Shown here: positions 29,413 through 38,325 of the stretch, piece by piece
Layout of the letters: each line of letters begins with the position of its first letter
How positions within the stretch are numbered: position 1 is the stretch's first letter
Source of the DNA: Bacteroidia bacterium
GTDB lineage: Bacteria; Bacteroidota; Bacteroidia; NS11-12g; UBA955
Length of the DNA: 56,540 bases
Assembly (NCBI GenBank): GCA_044357345.1
Contig: JBIKPR010000006.1
Location: forward strand, 1-56,540
Direction: 5' to 3'
Position numbers and translations under genes: made by a program
Notes under the pieces: model-generated
Database searches by the model: none
Told to the model about the DNA's origin: nothing
What the model saw: the letters and a program-made list of their open reading frames with translations, nothing else

Positions 29413-30434
29413 TTCTTCCAAACAGACGTGCCTTCACTGCAGTTTTTGCAAATGTCAATGTATTGACGGCCTTTAATTATTTGTTTTCTGAATTGATGGT
29501 AAGCCGGGCCTTTCCAAATTTGTTCAAATGACATATTGTTCAAATCACCCAAGCGGTAAGTGCCATCTTTATCAAAACAACAAGGGACAATTTTTCCATC
29601 CCAAGTAATCACACAGCTGTTCCAAAGTCTCCAACAATGGTTAAGTAGTTTATTTTTTATTTTAACTGCATTGCCTTCGGTTTTATAACGGCTAAATTCT
29701 TCGTTTTTAGGCATCATTTCATTGCCGGTCTCATAATCGTATATCTGAGCAGACTTAATGGCTAGTTCGTCAATATTATAAGTTTTGGCAAGAGATTTAA
29801 CTTCATCCAATTGGTGTTCATTATGAGAGAAAACTATAAATTGCCAAATAACATGGGGTGTTTTAGAATTCAATCTCTTTTTAGCTTCCATAAGTTCTTT
29901 GGTGCCTTGTAAGACTTTTTCTAGCTTTCCACCTATTCGATATTTCCCGTAGGTTTCTTGGGTGGTTCCATCAATAGAAATAATCAATCTATCGAGGCCA
30001 CTCTTAACAGTTTTTTCGGCATTCTCTTTATCAAGATAATGTGCATTGGTGCTAGTTGCGCTATAGAGTTTATGTTTGCTAGCCAAAGAAACCATATCTA
30101 AAAATTGAGTATTTAAATAAGGCTCACCTTGAAAATAAAAGGTAACATAGGCACTGCTTTTATGAAGCTCGTTAATTGCTTTTGCGAAAACGGACATGCC
30201 TAACATGCCAGTTGGTCTGCTAAAACTTCTTAATCCACTCGGACATTGGGGGCATCTCAAATTGCAAGAAGTGGTAGGCTCAATGGAAAATGAAATAGGT
30301 TTTCCCCAATGGATGGTTTTTTTAGTGATTTTGGAAAGATAATAACTTGAAATAACTTTTAAAGCGTTGCTTACTCTAGCAGGATGCATAGATTTTTGAA
30401 GCAAGTTTCTAAGGTCTTTTAAATTTCTGTTCAC
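29409..30434 (-). CDS. Radical SAM protein with SPASM/twitch domain
   Basis: CNLRCPQC, QGEPYL, CWRLW...DGKIVPCC...CKNC. Confidence 0.9.
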   Translation of the reverse strand: MNRNLKDLRNLLQKSMHPARVSNALKVISSYYLSKITKKTIHWGKPISFSIEPTTSCNLRCPQCPSGLRSFSRPTGMLGMSVFAKAINELHKSSAYVTFYFQGEPYLNTQFLDMVSLASKHKLYSATSTNAHYLDKENAEKTVKSGLDRLIISIDGTTQETYGKYRIGGKLEKVLQGTKELMEAKKRLNSKTPHVIWQFIVFSHNEHQLDEVKSLAKTYNIDELAIKSAQIYDYETGNEMMPKNEEFSRYKTEGNAVKIKNKLLNHCWRLWNSCVITWDGKIVPCCFDKDGTYRLGDLNNMSFEQIWKGPAYHQFRKQIIKGRQYIDICKNCSEGTSVWKN

Positions 30435-30437
30435 TAC

Positions 30438-31145
30438 TTAATCGTAAAATTCTACTTTTATTTCAGAACGGGTATATCCAAATGACTTTAAATTGTCTCG
30501 TGTTTCTTTTAGCATTTCCGACCACCCACATAAATAGATTAATGCATTTGGTTTGGATTGAAATATTGAATTGTAGTGCGCATGCACGTATCCTTTTGCT
30601 CCATTCCAGTCTTCTCGACTTAAAACTGGAGTGTAATGAAAGTTTGGATAGGTGTTTTGAAGTTCTTCAAATTCATTGCGGTATAAAATGTCATTTTGTG
30701 TGCGGCATCCAAAAAACAAATAGATTTCTCCTGGGTATTTTTTTAAAGTTAACAAGTCTTTTATCATTGCCCTAAAAGGAGCCACACCAGTGCCGGTGCA
30801 AATGAAGCCTAAAGATTCAGTGTTAATGTTTTCAGGCAGAACAAATCGACCTTGCGGGATACTCGTATTAAGTTTGTCTCCTATTTTACAATTAAACAGC
30901 AAAGGGGTTGCCGCCCCTTCAGCTTTAAGTGAAACGCAAATTTCAATTACTGAACCGTGGCTTATATCCGCAATGGAGTAACTCCTGCTAGAGTAAGTGT
31001 GGTTTAGTTTGCCGAAATCGATTATAACAAATTGACCGCTTTGGAAAATTACATCATGCGCAAATTTCAAAAAAAATCGCTTTACCAATGGATTTATTTC
31101 AATGATGTCAGAGATTTCAGCTTGATGGAATTCGTTGTTTAGCAT
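30438..31145 (-). CDS. FAD/NAD(P)-binding oxidoreductase (ferredoxin-NADP reductase family)
   Basis: RSYSIA, TGTGVAPF, FGCR, YLCG. Confidence 0.9.
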   Translation of the reverse strand: MLNNEFHQAEISDIIEINPLVKRFFLKFAHDVIFQSGQFVIIDFGKLNHTYSSRSYSIADISHGSVIEICVSLKAEGAATPLLFNCKIGDKLNTSIPQGRFVLPENINTESLGFICTGTGVAPFRAMIKDLLTLKKYPGEIYLFFGCRTQNDILYRNEFEELQNTYPNFHYTPVLSREDWNGAKGYVHAHYNSIFQSKPNALIYLCGWSEMLKETRDNLKSFGYTRSEIKVEFYD

Positions 31146-31172
31146 CTTATATTATGCGGTTCACAAAGATGC

Positions 31173-31206
31173 AAAAAAAAACCTTACAAGTATTGTAAGG
31201 TTTTTT
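31173..31206. terminator. Intrinsic terminator after the DUF1573 array
   Basis: AAAAAACCTTACAA-GTA-TTGTAAGGTTTTTT. Confidence 0.8.
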
Positions 31207-31224
31207 AGAATTATAAAATATTAA

Positions 31225-31650
31225 TTAATCACCAATCTGAACAGGAGATTTAGGTTTTGCTTGTTCGGTTATAATATTGCCTTTGATGAATAAAATAGAT
31301 TGACCAAGGTTTGTTGTAACCGTAACGTTTTTTGAGAAATTTCCATTTTTCCCAGCTGAATCAAAAATAACAGTTACAGAACCTTGTGCTCCAGCAGGAA
31401 CAGGTTCTTTGCTGAAATTTGGAACTGTACAACCACAAGAAGCTGCGGCATTGCTGATTACAATTGGTACAGCACCTTTATTTAAAAAGGTAAATGTATA
31501 TTTAGCTTTTGTGCCTTGAACTATTTCACCAAAATCGTGAGATGTTTTCTTCCATTCGATATCTTTAGGTTCGTCAACTGTTGGAGAGTTCATGTTGTCG
31601 ATTGACGTGAATGACATCAAGGCAAATAGATAAGTAAAAACTGAAATCAT
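31225..31650 (-). CDS. DUF1573 domain protein (copy 4)
   Basis: HDFGEI, ASCGCTVP, FSKNVTV; start reset to MISVFTY. Confidence 0.88.
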   Translation of the reverse strand: MISVFTYLFALMSFTSIDNMNSPTVDEPKDIEWKKTSHDFGEIVQGTKAKYTFTFLNKGAVPIVISNAAASCGCTVPNFSKEPVPAGAQGSVTVIFDSAGKNGNFSKNVTVTTNLGQSILFIKGNIITEQAKPKSPVQIGD

Positions 31651-31677
31651 GTAATGTATTATTTTAAGTTGTATAAA

Positions 31678-31692
31678 ACAAAATTCGTGCCG
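31678..31692 (-). promoter_or_regulatory. Putative sigma54 -24/-12 promoter
   Basis: CGGCAC-GAATT-TTGT versus consensus TGGCAC-N5-TTGC. Confidence 0.55.
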
Positions 31693-31705
31693 AAAAGAAA
31701 AGTGC

Positions 31706-32086
31706 CTATTTAATGATATTGGCTTTGATAAGCAATTCGAATAAACCATGATTGGTATAGACCGCAATTGTTTTGCTGTGTTGCTTGCTTTTGCCTTTTG
31801 AATCGAATTCGATTGCTAAGATGCTAGAGTCTCCTGGTTTTATTGGTGTTCGCTGCCATGTTGGGGCCACACATCCGCATGAAGGCATTACGTTTTCAAA
31901 TACCAAGATGGAGTCTGTATAGTTGTAGCAGGTGAAGCTGGTTTTACGAATTTCTCCCTGGATTATGTTGCCAAAATCAATTTCTTTTTTACTCCAAACC
32001 ACACCTTTTTTTTCAAAATCAAAACCACTTGATAGTATAAGAAGAATGATAATTGGAATTAGTTTAAGATATTTTGATTTTACCAT
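31706..32086 (-). CDS. DUF1573 domain protein (copy 3)
   Basis: IDFGNI, PSCGCV, PIKPG; start reset to MVKSKY (below the hairpin). Confidence 0.85.
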   Translation of the reverse strand: MVKSKYLKLIPIIILLILSSGFDFEKKGVVWSKKEIDFGNIIQGEIRKTSFTCYNYTDSILVFENVMPSCGCVAPTWQRTPIKPGDSSILAIEFDSKGKSKQHSKTIAVYTNHGLFELLIKANIIK

Positions 32087-32091
32087 GTTAT

Positions 32092-32129
32092 AAAAAAAGC
32101 GTTGTATGCTTTTAAACAATACAACGCTT
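32092..32129 (-). terminator. Internal terminator within the DUF1573 array
   Basis: AAGCGTTGTAT / ATACAACGCTT stem with a U-run on the minus strand. Confidence 0.7.
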
Positions 32130-32152
32130 ATGAATTTAAAAAATGAAAGGTC

Positions 32153-32656
32153 TTAGTTGGTTTTCAATTTGATTGTGCTTCCTGCAGGATCAATTGGGTC
32201 AACATTTGGTTTAGCAGTTACTTCACATTTGAATTTCAATTCGTGTGTACCGCCGTTTGTAATGATTTTAACTGTTTTCTCATTGATGCCCATTTTGCCA
32301 TTGGTGTTAAACCCAACTTTAATGTTGCTGCTTTTTCCTGGCATAATTGGCTCTAGAGAATATGAAGGTGTGGTGCAACCACATTGAACTTCATGGCTCT
32401 TAATGATAACAGGTTCTTTGCCGATATTGGTGATTACAAATACAGTTTCTACTTGCTCTCCTTCAGTTGCTTTGCCAAAGTCGTGGAATGATCTATCAAA
32501 TTTTACATCGTATACTTTATCAGATAGAACAACTTTTGCTTTAGGAGCTTCTTTTTTAACAGCTTTAACTGCTTTTTTAGGTTTTTTAGGTGCTTGAAAT
32601 GCAGAGATTCCAATTACCAATAAAGCCGAAAGGCTTAGGATTGCGATTTTTTTCAT
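32153..32656 (-). CDS. DUF1573 domain protein (copy 2)
   Basis: Signal peptide, Lys-rich linker, HDFGK, QCGCTTP, PIMPG. Confidence 0.88.
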   Translation of the reverse strand: MKKIAILSLSALLVIGISAFQAPKKPKKAVKAVKKEAPKAKVVLSDKVYDVKFDRSFHDFGKATEGEQVETVFVITNIGKEPVIIKSHEVQCGCTTPSYSLEPIMPGKSSNIKVGFNTNGKMGINEKTVKIITNGGTHELKFKCEVTAKPNVDPIDPAGSTIKLKTN

Positions 32657-32675
32657 GTTGTATATTCGGGTTTAA

Positions 32676-33278
32676 TTAAGAACTTTTTTTATCTGATGCT
32701 TTTTTGCTTTTAGGCTTGTCGGCATCTTTAGATTTGCTTTCCTCTTTATCTTTAGATGATTTATTGGATTTTTTTTCTGACTTTTTGCCTTTGGTTTCTC
32801 CTTTTTCTGATTTCATTTTGGCAAGATCAATTGAATCTTGTTTAATCTTCCAATCATCGTAGGCTGCAGGAACCATAACCATGCCTGAAATCGTTAAAGA
32901 ATTGACACCCTCTGAGGTTGTTACGGTAACGTTTTTTGAAAAGAAACCTTCGCTTGCAGCATTAAATGTTGCTGTGATTTGTGCAGTTTCACCAGGTTTG
33001 TATATGCCACCTTTCCAATTTGGAGTGGTGCAACCACAAGATGCTTGAACATTTACCAAAGTGATGTCTTTTGTTCCAATGTTTTTGAATTCGAAGGTAT
33101 AGCTAACTGGATTGTTTTGTTTAATATTTCCAAAGTCGTGAGACGTGACTTTAAATTGAATGAATTCTGGATTCATCGCAGCTGCAGGAGCTGCTTGAGG
33201 CACTGTACCTGGCAAGTCCTGTGCAAACATTGGCAAAGTAGCCAATGCTAAAAATGAGCTTAGTATTATTTTTTTCAT
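32676..33278 (-). CDS. DUF1573 domain protein (copy 1) with Lys/Ser-rich tail
   Basis: Signal peptide, HDFGNI, ASCGCTTP, FSKNVTV. Confidence 0.9.
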   Translation of the reverse strand: MKKIILSSFLALATLPMFAQDLPGTVPQAAPAAAMNPEFIQFKVTSHDFGNIKQNNPVSYTFEFKNIGTKDITLVNVQASCGCTTPNWKGGIYKPGETAQITATFNAASEGFFSKNVTVTTSEGVNSLTISGMVMVPAAYDDWKIKQDSIDLAKMKSEKGETKGKKSEKKSNKSSKDKEESKSKDADKPKSKKASDKKSS

Positions 33279-33307
33279 GTTATTTCTTTTTGATTTTCAA
33301 AACTATT

Positions 33308-33322
33308 TCAAAAACTGTACCA
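33308..33322 (-). promoter_or_regulatory. Putative sigma54 -24/-12 promoter
   Basis: TGGTAC-AGTTT-TTGA upstream of the first DUF1573 gene. Confidence 0.5.
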
Positions 33323-33394
33323 ATAATTGTTAATTTAATAGATTATGTATCTCGTGTTTAGACTTATCCAAAAAATGGCTGTAGATTTGAGGCG

Positions 33395-34168
33395 TTGAAA
33401 CATTTTGTAAAACCAAAAAAACATCTTGGACAGCATTTTTTAAATGACGTCAGTATTGCGGAGAAGGTTGCTTCTCTGTTTAATGGGGACGGATTGAATT
33501 TGCCTGTTTTAGAAATAGGTCCTGGAACAGGGGTGTTGACTCAGTATTTGTTGACAAATTTCAAAGAAGTTCGAGCCGTTGAATTGGACAGAGAATCAGT
33601 GGCTTTTCTCAAAGAAAATTTTGTACCCAAAGGTTTGAAGTTAATGGAGGGTGACTTTTTAGATGCGCGCAATGATGAGATGTTTTTCCCTGATGATGTA
33701 TTGATTTTGGGCAATTTCCCCTACAACATAAGCTCTCAGATTGTTTTTAAAGTGCTTGATAATATCTCAAAAGTTAAAGGTTTTGGGGGGATGTTTCAAA
33801 AAGAAGTCGCAGAACGTTTGGTGGCAGGACCAGGATCAAAAACCTATGGAATTCTGAGCGTTTTTTTAAATACATTTTATAAAACTTCATACGAGTTTAC
33901 CGTCGGTCCTGAGTTATTTACTCCGCCGCCTAAGGTGCAAACTGGCGTCATAAAGGCAACCCGAATTGATGGCTATGAATTGCCATGTTCACGTACCTTG
34001 TTTTTTGATGTCGTAAAAACAGCATTTAACCAAAGGCGTAAAACATTGAGAAACGCTTTACATAAATTTAATCTGCAAGAAACCCATGAATTTGCTAAAT
34101 TGCGGGCTGAACAATTAAGTCACGATGACTTTATTAAACTTACTCAGTTATTCGAACAATCGCAATGA
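33395..34168 (+). CDS. rsmA: 16S rRNA A1518/A1519 dimethyltransferase
   Basis: KKHLGQHFL, EIGPGTG, GNFPYNISS, FQKEVAER, QRRKTLRN. Confidence 0.97.
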   Translation: MKHFVKPKKHLGQHFLNDVSIAEKVASLFNGDGLNLPVLEIGPGTGVLTQYLLTNFKEVRAVELDRESVAFLKENFVPKGLKLMEGDFLDARNDEMFFPDDVLILGNFPYNISSQIVFKVLDNISKVKGFGGMFQKEVAERLVAGPGSKTYGILSVFLNTFYKTSYEFTVGPELFTPPPKVQTGVIKATRIDGYELPCSRTLFFDVVKTAFNQRRKTLRNALHKFNLQETHEFAKLRAEQLSHDDFIKLTQLFEQSQ

Positions 34169-35523
34169 GCAATCAAGTATCAGAAAAGCAACTGCTATTG
34201 CAGATTCTACCCCTGATTGAAAATCAGGAGGCTGAGGCTGTGCGCTTGCTTCTAGAAGCATACCGTCCTGAAGATATCGCCGATATTTTTTGGGATATTG
34301 AATTGGATGAAGCCAAGTTTATCATCAAGGTTGTTGGTCAGGAAGAAGCAGTTGAAATTATTCGTTCATTAGACGAGGAACTGCAAGAACGTTTTTTCAA
34401 AGGATATGCTGCAAAAGAGATTGCAGATGATGTGGTTTCTTTTTTAGATTCCGATGACTCGGTGGATATTTTGAATCTTCTACCAACAAGGAAGGCCGAA
34501 GAAGTTTTGTCCTATTTGGAAGACCAAGAGTACGCAAAGAACCTTGCTTCTATGTTGCATTATGATGATGACATTGCAGGTGGATTGATGGCAAAAGAAT
34601 TGGTTCAAGTAAAACACAATTGGACCGTTAGTCAATGTATTGAAGAAATTCGTCTACAAGCTGAAGAGGTTGATTCGGTCCACGCTGTCTATGTGGTGGA
34701 TGATAAAAATATACTTAAAGGTGTGGTGTCTTTGAAAGACATTGTTTTGTCAAAAGCACATACCTCGGTTATTGAGATAACCAATACTGAATTTATTGCC
34801 GTTAATGCGTATGCAACAGGCGAAGAGGTTGCGCGTTTGATGAACAAATACGATTTAATTACCATACCCGTAATTGATAGTATGAACCGCTTAATTGGGC
34901 GTATTACTATTGATGATGTGGTTGATTTTATCAAAGAAGAAGCAGACAAGGATTTCCAGTTGCAAGCGGGTTTGAGTGATAGCGTTGTGAGTGAGGACAA
35001 GGTTTTGATTTTATCAAAAGCGCGTTTGCCTTGGTTGATGGTTGGACTTATGGGTGGATTGGGAAGTTCTATGTTGGTTTCTAATTTTGAAACCGATATT
35101 TCTCATTTGCCTCAAATGGCTTTTTTTATGCCAGTGGTAGCTGCGATGGGCGGGAATGCCGGAGTGCAATCATCGGCTATCATTGTTCAAGGATTGGCGA
35201 ATAATACGCTGAAGAGTAAAAATATAATGCCGAAGTTGGCCAAAGAATTTACAGTATCATTAATCAATGGTTTGGTTTGTTCTGCTTTGTTATTGATGTT
35301 CAATTTGTTTATTGGACACCACTATGATTTAAGCATAGTTGTAAGTATAGCTTTGATAACTGTAATTATTTTTGCTTCATTATTAGGAACCATTACGCCG
35401 TTGATTTTAGAGAAATTTAAAATTGATCCAGCTTTGGCAACCGGGCCTTTTGTAACGACCATAAATGACATCATTGGTTTGACCGTTTATTTCTCCTTAG
35501 GAAGAATCTTACTTGGTGCTTAA
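34165..35523 (+). CDS. mgtE: Magnesium transporter MgtE
   Basis: MgtE_N, CBS pair, RLPWL, MGGNAG, DPALATGPFVTT. Confidence 0.96.
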   Translation: MSNQVSEKQLLLQILPLIENQEAEAVRLLLEAYRPEDIADIFWDIELDEAKFIIKVVGQEEAVEIIRSLDEELQERFFKGYAAKEIADDVVSFLDSDDSVDILNLLPTRKAEEVLSYLEDQEYAKNLASMLHYDDDIAGGLMAKELVQVKHNWTVSQCIEEIRLQAEEVDSVHAVYVVDDKNILKGVVSLKDIVLSKAHTSVIEITNTEFIAVNAYATGEEVARLMNKYDLITIPVIDSMNRLIGRITIDDVVDFIKEEADKDFQLQAGLSDSVVSEDKVLILSKARLPWLMVGLMGGLGSSMLVSNFETDISHLPQMAFFMPVVAAMGGNAGVQSSAIIVQGLANNTLKSKNIMPKLAKEFTVSLINGLVCSALLLMFNLFIGHHYDLSIVVSIALITVIIFASLLGTITPLILEKFKIDPALATGPFVTTINDIIGLTVYFSLGRILLGA

Positions 35524-35531
35524 TTTCATAT

Positions 35532-36803
35532 ATGAAGGCTGTTAGACCGCATAGCTTTAAAGGTATTATTCTCTGCTTCATCATTTGGATTCTATGTTTT
35601 TCACTTTATTTAATCAAAGGCAAAAAATGGCTTAGAGCTAGAGTTTTTGAAGAGAACCCAAGAACAATGGGATTTAAGGACATAATTTATTTTTCGTATA
35701 AATATTATTTCAAATCCCCTTTACTGGCCTGCAATGAAGAAGTAGAAAAACATTTCAAAGAAAAACCATTTATCAAGAATCAAATACTTGAACCATTGGC
35801 AACGGTTTCTATTGGTGGTGACTTAATGCCTTATGAAATGATACACGAGCAGTATACGCGTGAATTATGGAATGAGGTAGGAACTGAATTTTTTGGAAGT
35901 GATATTGTGTTTGCCAATTTGGAAACGCCCTTGCATGAGGGACTTAAAAACAATTTTGTACCCGAAGTGATGCTGTCTGACATGCATTTCAATACCGATG
36001 AAAAGACTTTTGAAATATTTAATGGGCAGGGTAAATACAAAGGTTTTGATGTCTTAAGTTTTGCTAATAACCATACCCTCGATCAAGGTTCAGAGGGAAT
36101 TGACAAGACAATAGAATTTTTAAATTCAAAAAATATAAAATCTGTTGGTGCTAAGATTAATAAAGAAGATAAAGATTTTCAAATTGTAGAAGTCAATGGT
36201 ATCAAAATTGGCTTTGTCGCATTTACGTATTCATTGAATCAGTTCTTGCCTGAAAAAGGTGAGAAATGGCGGGTGAATTACTTGCCTTTGAATACCAAAG
36301 ATTGTTCTATTGACATGATAGAGCAACAGGTAAGAGATTGCAGGGCTGCTGGGGCGGAATTCATCATTTGTTCGGTGCACGCCGGCAATGCGTATCAAGT
36401 TTATCCATCTGAGGTAACGGTTAATTTGTTCCAAAAAATATTTGAGACTTGTGGGGTAGATGTTATTGCAGGAGGGCATCCACACAATATGCAACCTTGG
36501 CGTTCGTATACCTTTAAAGACCCAAATACTGGGAAAGAAAAACAAGGTTTTGCGATTTACAGTTTGGGTGATTTTATTGCCTATGATATTTATACCTGGT
36601 GCCATGTAACAGCTTTTTTGAAATTAGAAATTGGAAAAAATATAAGTGGTGATTTGGTGTTTAATCCTATCGTAAAACCCTTGCTGATGTTAAGGGAAAA
36701 TAAGCACCTACGTTTGGTGTATGCGAAAGAATATTTTGAAAAAGCTAGGATGACAAGTGAATTGAAGGATATGAAAGTTTTATGTGATATTTGTGTTTCT
36801 TAA
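35532..36803 (+). CDS. CapA (PGA_cap) family metallophosphoesterase-like protein
   Basis: GGDLM, ANLETP, ANNHTLDQG, GGHPH, YSLGDF. Confidence 0.88.
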   Translation: MKAVRPHSFKGIILCFIIWILCFSLYLIKGKKWLRARVFEENPRTMGFKDIIYFSYKYYFKSPLLACNEEVEKHFKEKPFIKNQILEPLATVSIGGDLMPYEMIHEQYTRELWNEVGTEFFGSDIVFANLETPLHEGLKNNFVPEVMLSDMHFNTDEKTFEIFNGQGKYKGFDVLSFANNHTLDQGSEGIDKTIEFLNSKNIKSVGAKINKEDKDFQIVEVNGIKIGFVAFTYSLNQFLPEKGEKWRVNYLPLNTKDCSIDMIEQQVRDCRAAGAEFIICSVHAGNAYQVYPSEVTVNLFQKIFETCGVDVIAGGHPHNMQPWRSYTFKDPNTGKEKQGFAIYSLGDFIAYDIYTWCHVTAFLKLEIGKNISGDLVFNPIVKPLLMLRENKHLRLVYAKEYFEKARMTSELKDMKVLCDICVS

Positions 36804-37394
36804 TTGATGAATATGAAAAAAATATCGCTCATTTGTTTAGGATGCATCTTTAGTTTGGTTTTTTTTAATAATTGCAAAAAAGCACCAGGTTGTATTATGG
36901 AGCCTGCGCATTTTGTTTTATATACCAATTCATTTAAAGACACAATATCTTTTAAGTATTCATGTGGGAGTTCACAACAATTTCATCCTCAATTGTGGTG
37001 GAGTGGCATGGGAGGAAACCCAGATGGCAATCCACCTCCAGGAAGTTTTGTTATGATTATGGACGATCCCGATGCTATTCCCGTGGCGGGATATATTTGG
37101 AACCATTGGGTATTGTATGATATTCCGGGAAATGTCAGTGAGATTGAAGAAGGCGTTGACCGACTTGGTGTTTTTCCTGCAATCGTTAAAAGAGGAATTA
37201 ACAGTTTTGGTGATACCACCTATGGAGGACCTTGTCCACCGCCGGGTACTACGCACCGCTACCGGTTTAAATTGTATGCTATGAAGAATTCAGAATTGGG
37301 CATTGGACGCGCGGCAACAGTGGCACAAATACGCGCAGCCATGGCAAGTAATATTTTGGACAGCGCAGAAATGACTGCAGTCTTCAAGCGTTAA
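36804..37394 (+). CDS. YbhB/YbcL (PEBP) family lipoprotein
   Basis: Lipoprotein-type signal ending in C; MDDPDA, WNHWV, YGGPCPP, HRYRF. Confidence 0.9.
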   Translation: MMNMKKISLICLGCIFSLVFFNNCKKAPGCIMEPAHFVLYTNSFKDTISFKYSCGSSQQFHPQLWWSGMGGNPDGNPPPGSFVMIMDDPDAIPVAGYIWNHWVLYDIPGNVSEIEEGVDRLGVFPAIVKRGINSFGDTTYGGPCPPPGTTHRYRFKLYAMKNSELGIGRAATVAQIRAAMASNILDSAEMTAVFKR

Positions 37395-37687
37395 TTAACA
37401 CTTGCAATAACTTTTTGCAAATCAGCCGCACTAAGAACCCCACTTTGTCTCCACTTCGATTGACCTTGTTTGAATACCATTAAGGTTGGTACACCTTGTA
37501 TGCGGTATTGTGCTGCAATTGCTGGATTCTTGTCTACGTCGATTTTTATAATGCGGACATTTTCTCCCATCTTAGATTTTAAGTCTTCCAAAATTGGTTT
37601 CATCATTTTACAGGGTCCACACCATTCGGCAAAAAAGTCAACCAATACAGGGGTTTCGCTTTGTATAATGTCGTTAAAATTACTCAT
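37391..37687 (-). CDS. trxA: Thioredoxin
   Basis: DFFAEWCGPCK. Confidence 0.96.
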   Translation of the reverse strand: MSNFNDIIQSETPVLVDFFAEWCGPCKMMKPILEDLKSKMGENVRIIKIDVDKNPAIAAQYRIQGVPTLMVFKQGQSKWRQSGVLSAADLQKVIASVN

Positions 37688-37729
37688 ATTTAAATTTTCT
37701 ATATTTTAAGTTGTTAATATAAGTGGGGT

Positions 37730-38023
37730 TTATGCAAAGCTGTTTTTATAAAAATTGACATTGGTCCATGATCCAGCATTGATGCAATCTACACCAAATA
37801 ATAGTAGGTACTGTTCGGCTTGAGCACTTCGTCCACCAGAGGCACAGCAAAGAATTACAGGGGCTTGAAGCTCCTTGATTTTGTCCATGTTAGATGGTAT
37901 TTCATTTAAGGGAATGTTGATGGAATTGATAACATGTGCACCCATGAATTCAGCAGGTGTTCTGACATCTACCACCGTTCCTTTCTTTTCTTTAATTAAA
38001 TCTTCTAAATTGTATTTCTGCAT
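37730..38023 (-). CDS. Single-domain rhodanese (sulfurtransferase)
   Basis: DVRTPAEF, H..NSINIPL, CCASGGRS. Confidence 0.93.
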   Translation of the reverse strand: MQKYNLEDLIKEKKGTVVDVRTPAEFMGAHVINSINIPLNEIPSNMDKIKELQAPVILCCASGGRSAQAEQYLLLFGVDCINAGSWTNVNFYKNSFA

Positions 38024-38027
38024 ATAT

Positions 38028-38324
38028 TTAACTGATTTTACCTACCATGCAACTGGCATAGCTGTTCATTTGTGTAAGCAAATCGTTGTGTTCACCAATT
38101 TCCGGGTAACCGATTTTTGCTAATTTTTCACTAAATTGTTTTGGGTCTATTGAGGCATCATGTTGAATGTCAATGCGCGCATTTTCTACATCCACTTTTA
38201 CCTCGTCAACACCTTCTATTTCACTTATTTTATTGTGAATGGTTTTAGCACAACCGCTGCATTTAAGGTTTGCAACGGTAAAGGTGCTATTGATTTTTTC
38301 TGTGTTTAGAATTGTGTTTTCCAT
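38028..38324 (-). CDS. Heavy-metal-associated (HMA) domain protein
   Basis: NLKCSGCA; C-terminal SYASCMVGK. Confidence 0.9.
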   Translation of the reverse strand: MENTILNTEKINSTFTVANLKCSGCAKTIHNKISEIEGVDEVKVDVENARIDIQHDASIDPKQFSEKLAKIGYPEIGEHNDLLTQMNSYASCMVGKIS

Positions 38325-38325
38325 T

